The notes beneath the pieces were generated by a model that saw nothing but the letters and a program-made list of their open reading frames with translations, was not told the origin of the DNA and did no database searches. Positions 10,233-18,935 of a DNA stretch of 64,000 nucleotides are shown one piece after another (the stretch's first letter is position 1; each line of letters starts with the position of its first letter). A program made the translations under genes and the position numbers. The stretch spans positions 660-64,659 of the forward strand of contig CAYHYM010000004.1 of assembly GCA_964360965.1 (NCBI GenBank), in the 5' to 3' direction. The DNA is from an uncultured Gammaproteobacteria bacterium (lineage in GTDB: Bacteria > Patescibacteriota > Microgenomatia > Daviesbacterales > UBA10151).

Positions 10233-11096
10233 TTATGGCTTCCAACCGCATTGGGGACAATTGGTTAACTGCCCTGCCTGAATTTTTTTCACTTCTTCAT
10301 CATTGGCCACCCAAGAACATATGTTACAACAAATCTCAGGACAGTTCTCTGAGGAGTTGGAGTGGGCCAAAAAGGCCTTAAAAGCAGTTAATCCATCCAT
10401 TCTAATGGGACAGCTGATAACCACACCCTGTCCAAACATATCTCTTACTTGTTCTGCATTAAAAAAGCTATCATAGATCCTCTCAGCTTGTTCCAAAGCT
10501 TTTTCTTGATCTTTTAAATCCTGACCTGTTTTTATCTTTTCCCAAATCTCCGGAGCTACAATTAACTCTTTGAGGGTGTCTATCCAATCCCCGGCGCTGA
10601 AAATTAAAGGAGTAGATCTGACTGAATTTAAGCTCAACAAAAGAGGCCTATTTTGACTTCGCTCAGCCAAAGCTTGAGCCCGCTCCAAACAATCCTCATA
10701 TCTTAAGTTTAATATGATGGCTCTGTTAAGCAACCTTTTTTGACTGTTTGGGTGTAAAATTTCACTAATAATTAGTTTAGATGTGGGATAATATACTGAG
10801 TCCTGAGGACTGATCCAAACCGCTGCACCTGCCTCACTATCCCTAAACCATCTATTAATAAAATCAAAAGCCTGACCTTCTAATTGACCCACCAAATTAT
10901 CTCTTTTAATAATACTGGCAACTTTACATTCCGCGGTTGGGGAATATAAATCACCATCTTTATCTTGCACAAAACAGTAAGCATCGGGAGATCTTCTTGA
11001 TTCCTGGAGGCAGGAGGTTATCTCCGGGATCGCTTGTGTTCTATTATCTTTCCAGGAAGGAGCGAAATCTTTAATTAATGTATCAGCTTCAAGCAT
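10233..11096 (-). CDS. hypothetical protein with C-terminal Cys-rich zinc-ribbon-like motif
   Basis: C-terminal CPEICCNICSW...CPQCGW; otherwise no recognisable domain. Confidence 0.4.
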   Translation of the reverse strand: MLEADTLIKDFAPSWKDNRTQAIPEITSCLQESRRSPDAYCFVQDKDGDLYSPTAECKVASIIKRDNLVGQLEGQAFDFINRWFRDSEAGAAVWISPQDSVYYPTSKLIISEILHPNSQKRLLNRAIILNLRYEDCLERAQALAERSQNRPLLLSLNSVRSTPLIFSAGDWIDTLKELIVAPEIWEKIKTGQDLKDQEKALEQAERIYDSFFNAEQVRDMFGQGVVISCPIRMDGLTAFKAFLAHSNSSENCPEICCNICSWVANDEEVKKIQAGQLTNCPQCGWKP

Positions 11097-11100
11097 GTTA

Positions 11101-11160
11101 GCGTCCTGCGACGCACCAGACAGTGCATCGTCATGAACCTTACATGGTTCGTCACCGCTT
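11101..11160. repeat. GC-rich element in the intergenic region between divergent T4SS-locus genes
   Basis: gcgtcctgcgacgcaccagacagtgcatcgtcatgaacc... shares the tcctgcgac and gtcat motifs of family 1. Confidence 0.5.
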
Positions 11161-11258
11161 AGTCAAGATATCAATCATAAGTTATTAGTTTAAAACTGAT
11201 TGTCATAGATTGCCCTATAATGATACTTTTTTAGGCTCTTGCACAGTACTTTTTCACA

Positions 11259-12266
11259 TTGTATGATCGTGTGAGTATGGAACCGCATCCCATTCCCCAA
11301 AATGTCACCTCGTTTGAGTTTCATCTGGTGGGTGACATGACCTTAAAACAATTTATGTTTTTATCATCAGGTTTGGGGGTATCTTATCTGTTATTTGTTT
11401 TTCTCTCTCCCCAAAACCCGTTTCTGGCCTATCCTTTAATTCTGCTGTTTTCCTTTTTAGGAGTGGCTTTTGCTTTTATGGGCATTGCTGACCGGTCTTT
11501 AGATCATTGGCTTTGGGTTTTCATCAAAGCAGTTTTCTCCCCCACCAAAAGAGTCTGGGGAAAGGCAGGTAAATCGTATGCTCAAAATAACCTGTTTTCC
11601 CAAAGGAGCGCTTTTTTTAACCAGGTAGTCCAAACATCATCCTCCCCTTTTGAGCCAATAACCTCTCCTGTTGCTCAAACAAATGTCCAGCCCCTGCCCA
11701 CAGAAGAGGAGCTGCAAAAAACAGTGACTTTGGCCAGAGAGGCCCAAAGTTTGCAGACTAGAATTATTGAATCAGAAAGACAGCTGGAAAGCATCAAGGT
11801 CACTCCCCAAAATATTTCACCCCAGCAAATTGAGGCAACCTTATCAACCTTACAAAAACTGGTCACTGAAACTTCCGGTATTAAAGAACAACTACTCAGA
11901 GCCACTCACCAAAAAGAGCAGCCAAAGCCTTCTGAAGTCAAAATCACTCCCGCCTCTTTTCAAAGACCAATACAGGCGGTGCTAACTTCCCTGCCCAATG
12001 TGATAAATGGTGTTGTCAAAGATGCTTTGGGCAATTTTTTGGAAGGGGTGGTGGTGGTAATTTATAACAAAGAAGGCCTGCCAGTCAGAGCCTTAAAAAC
12101 CAATAAACTGGGTCAGTTCTCAGGCTCCACCCCCTTGCCAAACAACAGTTACAGAATTGAACTGGAAAAGGATGATCTGTTATTTGATATTTTGCAAATA
12201 GATTTAACAGGCCTGGTTTTACCTGCCATGGAAATTTTATCTAAAAAAAGGGTTTTTCAGACATGA
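11259..12266 (+). CDS. PrgI/VirB3-like T4SS membrane protein with long C-terminal extension
   Basis: N-terminal FEFHLVGDMTLKQFMFLSSGLGVSYLLFVFL followed by a second TM helix, resembling the PrgI/VirB3 family; directly upstream of VirB4. Confidence 0.45.
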   Translation: MYDRVSMEPHPIPQNVTSFEFHLVGDMTLKQFMFLSSGLGVSYLLFVFLSPQNPFLAYPLILLFSFLGVAFAFMGIADRSLDHWLWVFIKAVFSPTKRVWGKAGKSYAQNNLFSQRSAFFNQVVQTSSSPFEPITSPVAQTNVQPLPTEEELQKTVTLAREAQSLQTRIIESERQLESIKVTPQNISPQQIEATLSTLQKLVTETSGIKEQLLRATHQKEQPKPSEVKITPASFQRPIQAVLTSLPNVINGVVKDALGNFLEGVVVVIYNKEGLPVRALKTNKLGQFSGSTPLPNNSYRIELEKDDLLFDILQIDLTGLVLPAMEILSKKRVFQT

Positions 12267-12982
12267 ATACCACCCAGCAACATCTTCAGATGGAGGATAT
12301 AAAAGATGATCTGATGATTTTGAAAAATGGCGGAGCGGCTTTGATTTTACAAAGCTCAGCTTTAAATTTCGGGCTGTTATCAGAGGTTGAACAACACTCA
12401 GTGGTGTTGTCTTTTGCCCAGATGCTCAATTCCCTGTCTTTTCCCATCCAGATTATGATTTATTCCCAAAGGCTCAATATTAACTCATATCTTCATTTGT
12501 TGGAGCGAGCCCGAACAATGCAGAGGAATCCCCTTCTTTCTCAAATGATTGACCGTTATAAAAACTTTGTGACTCAGGTTATTAAAGAAAATGATGTTTT
12601 GGATAAAAAATTTTATGTCATAGCCTATACCTCTTCTTTGGAGATGGGATTTGGTTTTAAAAATAAGGAGGCAAGATTAAAAAGAGCTCAAGCCATACTT
12701 TGGCCAAGAAGGGATCAGCTGATAAGGCAACTGGCCCGAGTGGGGCTAAAAGCAAACCAGCTGACCAGCCTGGAAATGCTGCAGCTTTTATATGATATTT
12801 ATAACGGGGCGCAGCAGGATGTTCTACAAATTCCTCCTGTCAAACTTTCTCCCCCTCCACCTCCCCCAAACCCACCCCGGCCAAATCCAGTTCAAACAGC
12901 AGCTGCGCCACCTTCGCAAACTATTATAAATCAACCTAAAAATCACCCTTTTGTGGTGGAGGAACTGGAGGATAATGTTTAA
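12263..12982 (+). CDS. VirB4-like ATPase, N-terminal domain (separate ORF or frameshifted fragment)
   Basis: Resembles the CagE/TrbE/VirB4 N-terminal domain; Pro-rich C-terminal tail; overlaps the next ORF (ATGTTTAA start/stop overlap). Confidence 0.4.
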   Translation: MNTTQQHLQMEDIKDDLMILKNGGAALILQSSALNFGLLSEVEQHSVVLSFAQMLNSLSFPIQIMIYSQRLNINSYLHLLERARTMQRNPLLSQMIDRYKNFVTQVIKENDVLDKKFYVIAYTSSLEMGFGFKNKEARLKRAQAILWPRRDQLIRQLARVGLKANQLTSLEMLQLLYDIYNGAQQDVLQIPPVKLSPPPPPPNPPRPNPVQTAAAPPSQTIINQPKNHPFVVEELEDNV

Positions 12983-14705
12983 GGGCACACCCCAATTAAC
13001 CCTGGAGGATATCATCGCCCCCCAAGAACTGGAGATTGATTTTAATCATCTTAAAATCAATGACAGATTTTACCGCACCTATTTTATCTCCAGCTACCCG
13101 CGATTTGTGGAGCCTAACTGGCTGGAACCTTTAATTTCTTTTGACCATTCGCTTTTTATCTCCATGTTTGTCTATCCCACCTCATCCAGGGGGGTGCTGG
13201 ATGATCTACGGCGCAAAATTGCCGAGATGGAAGCCACCATAGAAGGTGATGTTGAGCGTGGACGGGAAATTGATCCAACAGTCAGAGTGGCTTTGGAGGA
13301 TGCCCAGTCTTTACAGGAAGAACTGGTTAGGGGGGTGGAGAGATTTTTCCAGTTTGCCCTCTATATCAGCGTGCCTGCCCAAGATAAGGAGGATTTGCAA
13401 AATACCTGCCAGCTTTTTGAATCCACTGCCTCCTCTTTGTCTTTGAGCGCCCAGCCAGCCAGCCTGCAAATGGAAGATGGCTTTAAATCCAGTCTGCCTT
13501 TGGGATCTGACCTGTTGTATCTGACCCATAATATGGACACCCCAGCTCTCTCCACCACTTTTCCTTTTGCTTCGTCGGAGCTGACAGCCAATGAGGGAGT
13601 GATGTATGGCATCAATGCGCATAATGACTCCCTGATTCTTTTTGACAGGTTTTCTTTAGAGAATGCGAATTCAGTGGTGTTTGCCAAATCCGGCGCGGGA
13701 AAATCATATTTTGTTAAACTGGAAATTTTAAGGTCTTTAATGTTTGGCACGGAAATTTTGGTGATTGATCCTGAGAATGAATATTTAAACCTGTGCCAGG
13801 CAGTGGGAGGCGAATATATTAACTTTTCCGCCACCTCTGCTGTTAAGATCAATCCTTTTGATCTGTCTTTAAGCTTATCTCCTGAGGAAAATGAGCTGGG
13901 CAGAAAGATATTATCTTTGACCGCCTTTTTAAAACTGGTGTTGGGCCAGCTAAACCCCCAGGAGGCGGCCATTTTGGATCGGGCTTTAAAACAAACCTAC
14001 AGGTTAAAAGGCATCACTGATGACCCTAAAACCCAAATTCAGCCCCAGATAAGCACCCCTTTAATGGAGGACCTTTATAAAATACTCATCGGTATTGAAG
14101 AAAAACCGGCTCTGGATCTGGCAGCACGCTTAGAAAGATTTATCAAAGGCTCGCTGACCGGTATTTTCTCCTCTCACTCAAACATCAATCTGTCCTCCTC
14201 TTTCACTGTTTTTTCCATCCGGAATCTGGCAGACCAGCTGCGGCCTTTGGCCATATTTATGATCCTGGAATATATCTGGACTAAAATACGCTCACAGCTT
14301 AAAAAAAGAATCCTGGTGGTTGATGAAGCCTGGTATTTGATGAGAAATGAGGATTCGGCCAATTTTCTGGTGGATATTGCCAAAAGAGCCCGTAAGTATT
14401 TTTTGGGACTGACCACCATCACCCAGGATGTGGAGGATTTTTTAGGTACTGACCGGGGCAAAGAAATCATTGCCAATTCCTCCATTCAGGTACTTCTTAA
14501 ACAAGCCCCATCATCCATTGAAAAAGTGGGGGGGACATTTAATCTGTCAGAGGGAGAAAAAAGGCTGCTTTTATCAGAAGGGGTGGGAGAGGGACTCTTT
14601 TTTGCCGGCAATACTCATGTGGCCATGAGAGTGGTGGCCTCACCAGAAGAACACAAATTAATTACCACCAGTCCGCAGGAAATATTGGCAAGACAAAACA
14701 TTTAG
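12951..14705 (+). CDS. VirB4/TrbE/PrgJ-like T4SS ATPase (C-terminal two-thirds)
   Basis: Walker A AKSGAGKSYF, Walker B LVVDEAWYLM, and the surrounding VirB4-type conserved blocks. Confidence 0.75.
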   Translation: MWWRNWRIMFKGTPQLTLEDIIAPQELEIDFNHLKINDRFYRTYFISSYPRFVEPNWLEPLISFDHSLFISMFVYPTSSRGVLDDLRRKIAEMEATIEGDVERGREIDPTVRVALEDAQSLQEELVRGVERFFQFALYISVPAQDKEDLQNTCQLFESTASSLSLSAQPASLQMEDGFKSSLPLGSDLLYLTHNMDTPALSTTFPFASSELTANEGVMYGINAHNDSLILFDRFSLENANSVVFAKSGAGKSYFVKLEILRSLMFGTEILVIDPENEYLNLCQAVGGEYINFSATSAVKINPFDLSLSLSPEENELGRKILSLTAFLKLVLGQLNPQEAAILDRALKQTYRLKGITDDPKTQIQPQISTPLMEDLYKILIGIEEKPALDLAARLERFIKGSLTGIFSSHSNINLSSSFTVFSIRNLADQLRPLAIFMILEYIWTKIRSQLKKRILVVDEAWYLMRNEDSANFLVDIAKRARKYFLGLTTITQDVEDFLGTDRGKEIIANSSIQVLLKQAPSSIEKVGGTFNLSEGEKRLLLSEGVGEGLFFAGNTHVAMRVVASPEEHKLITTSPQEILARQNI

Positions 14706-14720
14706 TGGTAACCTAAGGTT

Positions 14721-16709
14721 ATGGCTGCCAGAGACACCCAACTTTTTAGACTGCTTTTTGAACCCAATGGAGTGATCGTTCAGTTTTACAAAAATCCCCA
14801 AACAGCTTATGTGGTGGCTGGTGGACGCTATTTTAGTAAAAGAGCTACTCTGAGACTGCTGCGTTTTCTACTACCTGGCTATAGAGTCTATCAAGAGGAT
14901 AATCAGCTGGTTGAACAATTATACAGAAATCAGGCTGTTGATTTTAACATCAAAAGTTTAACATTTTACACACCAGAACCCATCCTATCAGAATTTGCTC
15001 ACAATCAGTTAGAAAAAATAGACCAACTACCTATTGAAGTCAGAGAACAAACTCAAAACCTATGGGCAGAAAGGTGGCAACTACCACAAAACCAAAAAGA
15101 AGTTGATCTTCATTATTTACTGAGACTTCCCCACCGAATCCCCATAATAATAAAAAGATTAATTATCCATAACATCCCCCCATTAAAAGCGTTGAGGTAT
15201 TATCAGGTTAAAGCACAAATTTTTGCCAAAAGACTTCTCAGAAGAGTTATTACAACAAGACTGACTACAGGTTTAATTGGGGCGGGGATAGGGGGTGGTC
15301 TGGCAGGACTACCCGGAGCATTAATGGGGGCTGCTTCAGGGTGGTTTGCTCCCTCTTTTATTGCCGGCGGTGGTGGTAGTTTACTTTTCAGGATAGGTGG
15401 ACTTTTGACGGGTGGGGGCAGCAATATTTTATTGGGGCTGGGTAGATTGGCTCTTGTCTCTTTCCCTGTTACAGCTGTGGTGGTGGCTGTAGGACTGACT
15501 GTATTACTTATTATTGTTGTTATTATTTTACCCACCGCCCAACTAACTCCATCTCCTATTGTCGAAGCTGGATTGGTTGGCAATCTTAACAGTTGCCGGT
15601 TTACCAGGGATGCGGTGTTAAGACCGGTTAAAAGCGCCGGGCTTTTGAAAATTTTTCAAGAGGTAGCTGCTCAATCCGGGGTTCCCGCATCAGTGCTTGC
15701 TTCGGTAGCCATGCATGAAAATCCCATTTTTACATCTTCGGCCGAAGATAGTCACGATGTTTTTGGTAATGTTGGTTTTAGTGGCCTGGATTGTTTACCG
15801 CATTTTCCCACCTCAGATACCGGAGCTTTGGGACTGATGCAGGTACAGCCTCCCAAAAATATTCACGATCAAATCAAGTCAAAAGCAGTACCCTCTTTTG
15901 AAAAAGTAGCAGCTTATTCTGAAACCGGGGTAACAATTGGCGCACAGTTTGTGGGTAAAACTGCAGATTCTCTAACATTTCAGGATTTTTGCGATATTAG
16001 AACCAATATCTACCTGGGGGCTGGAGTTTTAATCAGTAAAAATGGCGGTAAACCACCTGCCACTCCAGATGAGGTGGAGGAAGCTGTCTGCCGTTACTTT
16101 GGAGGAAGCTGTTTTTACCCTCATCCTGTAAGTGGACCGTATCACTATGGTACAGAGGCCAGAAAAGATTTTGACAGCTGCCAGCAATTATTGATAGCTT
16201 CCACTGCTTGCCCGTCACAGGGGGGAAAGATCAAAACACCATCTTATCAAATCAATCCCTCTATTGGCCACTGCAGTCCATTTTATGGAGTATGCCCTAC
16301 CAACAGTCGCAGAGCCAAAGCCATTGATGTGGATACCAGAGGACAAGATATCATCTTTCCCACCATTTTAGGGCAAAAAGTAAGTTGGCAGTACCTAACA
16401 CAGTTCTTGCTTAATAAATCAGGTGATTGTGAACTGGGGCTTTCTTCTTGCGGGATTGGGGTGGTCTTCCAAACCAGTGTGGACACTGATACCTGGGTAC
16501 TACATTTACTTCATCTGGACAGTAACAACACCCTGTCCTTTAAGCCAGGATTATTGGCTGATTCTGGAACGGTTGTTGGTAAAACCATCCCCGGGGTTTT
16601 CCTGCATGTTAACATAGGCAAGAATATTAAAAACCCCGACAGTCCTTCCGGGGGTGATAAAGACTTAGATCCTGGCTGGATAGCGGCAGATTTTATGTGT
16701 AACCAATGA
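14721..16709 (+). CDS. VirB1/PrgK-like cell-wall hydrolase: Gly-rich TM region + lytic transglycosylase (SLT) domain + Cys-rich C-terminal putative peptidase domain
   Basis: SLT motifs AMHEN...GLMQV; Gly-rich membrane segment; C-terminal Cys-rich region with an HLLHLD segment. Confidence 0.55.
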   Translation: MAARDTQLFRLLFEPNGVIVQFYKNPQTAYVVAGGRYFSKRATLRLLRFLLPGYRVYQEDNQLVEQLYRNQAVDFNIKSLTFYTPEPILSEFAHNQLEKIDQLPIEVREQTQNLWAERWQLPQNQKEVDLHYLLRLPHRIPIIIKRLIIHNIPPLKALRYYQVKAQIFAKRLLRRVITTRLTTGLIGAGIGGGLAGLPGALMGAASGWFAPSFIAGGGGSLLFRIGGLLTGGGSNILLGLGRLALVSFPVTAVVVAVGLTVLLIIVVIILPTAQLTPSPIVEAGLVGNLNSCRFTRDAVLRPVKSAGLLKIFQEVAAQSGVPASVLASVAMHENPIFTSSAEDSHDVFGNVGFSGLDCLPHFPTSDTGALGLMQVQPPKNIHDQIKSKAVPSFEKVAAYSETGVTIGAQFVGKTADSLTFQDFCDIRTNIYLGAGVLISKNGGKPPATPDEVEEAVCRYFGGSCFYPHPVSGPYHYGTEARKDFDSCQQLLIASTACPSQGGKIKTPSYQINPSIGHCSPFYGVCPTNSRRAKAIDVDTRGQDIIFPTILGQKVSWQYLTQFLLNKSGDCELGLSSCGIGVVFQTSVDTDTWVLHLLHLDSNNTLSFKPGLLADSGTVVGKTIPGVFLHVNIGKNIKNPDSPSGGDKDLDPGWIAADFMCNQ

Positions 16710-16716
16710 AAAGCCA

Positions 16717-17163
16717 ATGAAAAAAGTAGTTATAGTTTTTATAATCATCTTTGCTATTATATCCATAACCAGAATTATATCCATAAACAGATCTGTTTTT
16801 CTAAAACCAGAACAGCTACCCACTGTTGCACCAGAACAATTAAAAATTATCTCCACCAACCCCCACCCCCTGGATGAGGCAACCATTCTACCCACCCAAA
16901 ATATTGAATTTACTTTTAATAAACCCCTGTTTAGAAGCCAGTTTAAACACAAGTTTGATCCGGACATTGAACATGAGGTAGAAGTTATTGACGGCCGGGA
17001 TAAAGAGTTTGGACAAACCTTCAAAATAGTTTTTAAAAAACCACTGGAACTGGGCCTGGGATATGCTTTATTTGTATTTACCAACACTAAAACAGAGGGG
17101 GGTCTATTTTTAGATAAAGAGTATGTTTTCCATTTTCAAACTATTAAATACAAAGGCTTTTAA
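16717..17163 (+). CDS. small membrane-anchored hypothetical protein
   Basis: N-terminal TM helix, no recognisable motifs. Confidence 0.3.
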   Translation: MKKVVIVFIIIFAIISITRIISINRSVFLKPEQLPTVAPEQLKIISTNPHPLDEATILPTQNIEFTFNKPLFRSQFKHKFDPDIEHEVEVIDGRDKEFGQTFKIVFKKPLELGLGYALFVFTNTKTEGGLFLDKEYVFHFQTIKYKGF

Positions 17164-18335
17164 GAAAGCTTTACCGGCATCAGGATATATTCCAAACCCT
17201 CAACTCCCACCGGCCGGATCAGGCAGGCTGACAAGGATCCGGAAAAATTAAGGGTTATTTTTGAAGAAGGCGCGTTTGATATAGCATCAATTAAAAATCT
17301 GGCATTAAAGGCAATGGTTAACCCGTCACCTGAAACATCAGCTTCAATTTCATTTTGCTGGCTGCCCAACTCTTTAGCAGAGGAGCTCAATACCATTTTA
17401 TCTTTTTCCAGTTTAAGCACAATAATATTGGCTTCGTTTTTGGCAAATACCGCCGCCAGTTTGACAGCCACCAGCATCTGCTCTTTGTTAATGATGGCAG
17501 TTGTTTGAATTTGGGTGGGGATAATCTTCTCCCAGGAGGGGAATTGTCCTTCTATCAACCTTGAGGAAATGATGGTTTCTCCGATATGAAAGATGATCTG
17601 ATTTTGGCTGGAGATGTCTTTAATAACCACCTCATCAACTCCCTCCTCTGAAATGATTTTTAAAACCTCTTCCAAAGTTTTTTTGGGTATCAGGCTTCTA
17701 AACCCTTTGACGGAGTTTATCCCGAGCGGCTTGTCCTGAGATTTGTCGAAGGACTTGTCCTGAGATTTGTCGAAGGAAGTCAAGGGACTCAGGGCAAGCT
17801 GTATTTGCCTGTGGGCCAGCCTAAAACCGTCAGTGGCCACAAAATCAAGCTTACCAGCGCTGCTTTGGGTTAACACTCCTGTTAAGGTAGGCCTTCCTTC
17901 ATCGGTGGCCGCAGCATATAAAATCTGGGCGCAGGAGTTGAGCATATTCTTGGGCAAACTTATGCCTTCACCCCCTCCCACAGGAATTACCGGAAATTCA
18001 GATGAGGATCCTGCTGAAATCGTGGCCTGGAATTTTCCCGCACTAACAATTAAGCTGTTTTGATTTGTGGAAATGTCGATTTTTGGCTCTTTTAAAGAGG
18101 TTACTACCTCGAGGATGGTTTTGGCAGGAACCACAATCTCACCAGGCTCTTGAATTTGCGCCGGGACAAATTTAATCACCCCAATTTCTAAATTGGTGGC
18201 AGATAACCTGACCTTAGACCCCTCTGTGGTAAAAAGGATATTTTCCAGTATAGGGAGTGTTGATCTGATACCTGTTGATCTGACAACTGTTTGTAAGGGT
18301 GGAAGTAAGTCTTGTTGTAATATAGTAAACTTCAT
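17160..18335 (-). CDS. dnaN: DNA polymerase III beta sliding clamp, carrying an in-frame repeat insertion
   Basis: N-terminal MKFTILQQDLL...ATNLE and C-terminal IAFNARFLIDAI motifs; length about 16 aa over typical because of a tandem 24-nt repeat. Confidence 0.85.
   Translation of the reverse strand: MKFTILQQDLLPPLQTVVRSTGIRSTLPILENILFTTEGSKVRLSATNLEIGVIKFVPAQIQEPGEIVVPAKTILEVVTSLKEPKIDISTNQNSLIVSAGKFQATISAGSSSEFPVIPVGGGEGISLPKNMLNSCAQILYAAATDEGRPTLTGVLTQSSAGKLDFVATDGFRLAHRQIQLALSPLTSFDKSQDKSFDKSQDKPLGINSVKGFRSLIPKKTLEEVLKIISEEGVDEVVIKDISSQNQIIFHIGETIISSRLIEGQFPSWEKIIPTQIQTTAIINKEQMLVAVKLAAVFAKNEANIIVLKLEKDKMVLSSSAKELGSQQNEIEADVSGDGLTIAFNARFLIDAISNAPSSKITLNFSGSLSACLIRPVGVEGLEYILMPVKLS
17730..17777. 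repeat. 2 x 24-nt perfect tandem repeat (cttgtcctgagatttgtcgaagga) inside dnaN, within a GC-rich patch about 17715..17800
   Basis: Direct reading; encodes SFDKSQDKSFDKSQDK in frame. Reverse complement carries the CCTTCGAC...CTCAGG core seen in other GC-rich elements. Confidence 0.85.
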
Positions 18336-18781
18336 GGTTTTTTAGCAGTTATAAACTTTTGTATTTCCTCTTCGGTAACTTTTATCAATCTAAAATTAAC
18401 CCTTCCCTCTGTTATCAGGTTTTTAATATGTTTTTCTTCTACTGTCAAGTCCCCTAATCCTGATTTAACTTCTATAAAATCTATTTTTTGATTATTTTTA
18501 ATGCCAATAAAATCAATTGGCCAGCCTAAAGGAATAATCCGGTCATAATCATAACGCAGCTCAGCGTATATTAACAGTTCAGCCATTTTTCCTTTTTGAG
18601 GGTTAATAGATCCTTGAATAGATTGCAGTATTTTACCTGGTAAATCCTGTATAATTTTGTAAATTTCTATAAAATCAGTAGTTGTTTGGGGAAGGGATTT
18701 TTGGTGTAATCTTCCTAAAAGATAAGCTACTACAATTGCTGATAAAATAATAATAGCTAAAACCAAGTTAAAGTTATCCAC
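18332..18781 (-). CDS. membrane-anchored PD-(D/E)xK-like putative nuclease between dnaA and dnaN
   Basis: N-terminal TM helix; D...(I)DFIEVKSG motif resembling a PD-(D/E)xK core; 4-nt overlap with the dnaN start. Confidence 0.3.
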   Translation of the reverse strand: MDNFNLVLAIIILSAIVVAYLLGRLHQKSLPQTTTDFIEIYKIIQDLPGKILQSIQGSINPQKGKMAELLIYAELRYDYDRIIPLGWPIDFIGIKNNQKIDFIEVKSGLGDLTVEEKHIKNLITEGRVNFRLIKVTEEEIQKFITAKKP

Positions 18782-18935
18782 TATTATGTTCGATTATACT
18801 ACAATTTAATAATAATAGTAGTAAATAATATAGTTGGTGGATATGTTGAAAAGCCTAAAAATGATGCTGGAGATTCGCATAAAATTTGTGTTGAAAGTAG
18901 GTTGATTTCTTGTTGATAAGTTGTGGAAAAGTGAC
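18782..18935. promoter_or_regulatory. candidate oriC / DNA-unwinding region between dnaA and the downstream gene
   Basis: Very AT-rich spacer followed by DnaA boxes TGTGGAAAA (18922..18930) and the dyad TTATCCGGTGGATAA (18936..18950) at the dnaA 3' end. Confidence 0.45.

Noticed and set aside
15203-15583. Pro-rich 126-aa antisense ORF opposite the Gly-rich segment of the PrgK-like gene
   Set aside because: Reverse complement of GGN-rich codons gives PPx runs; artefact of low-complexity sequence.
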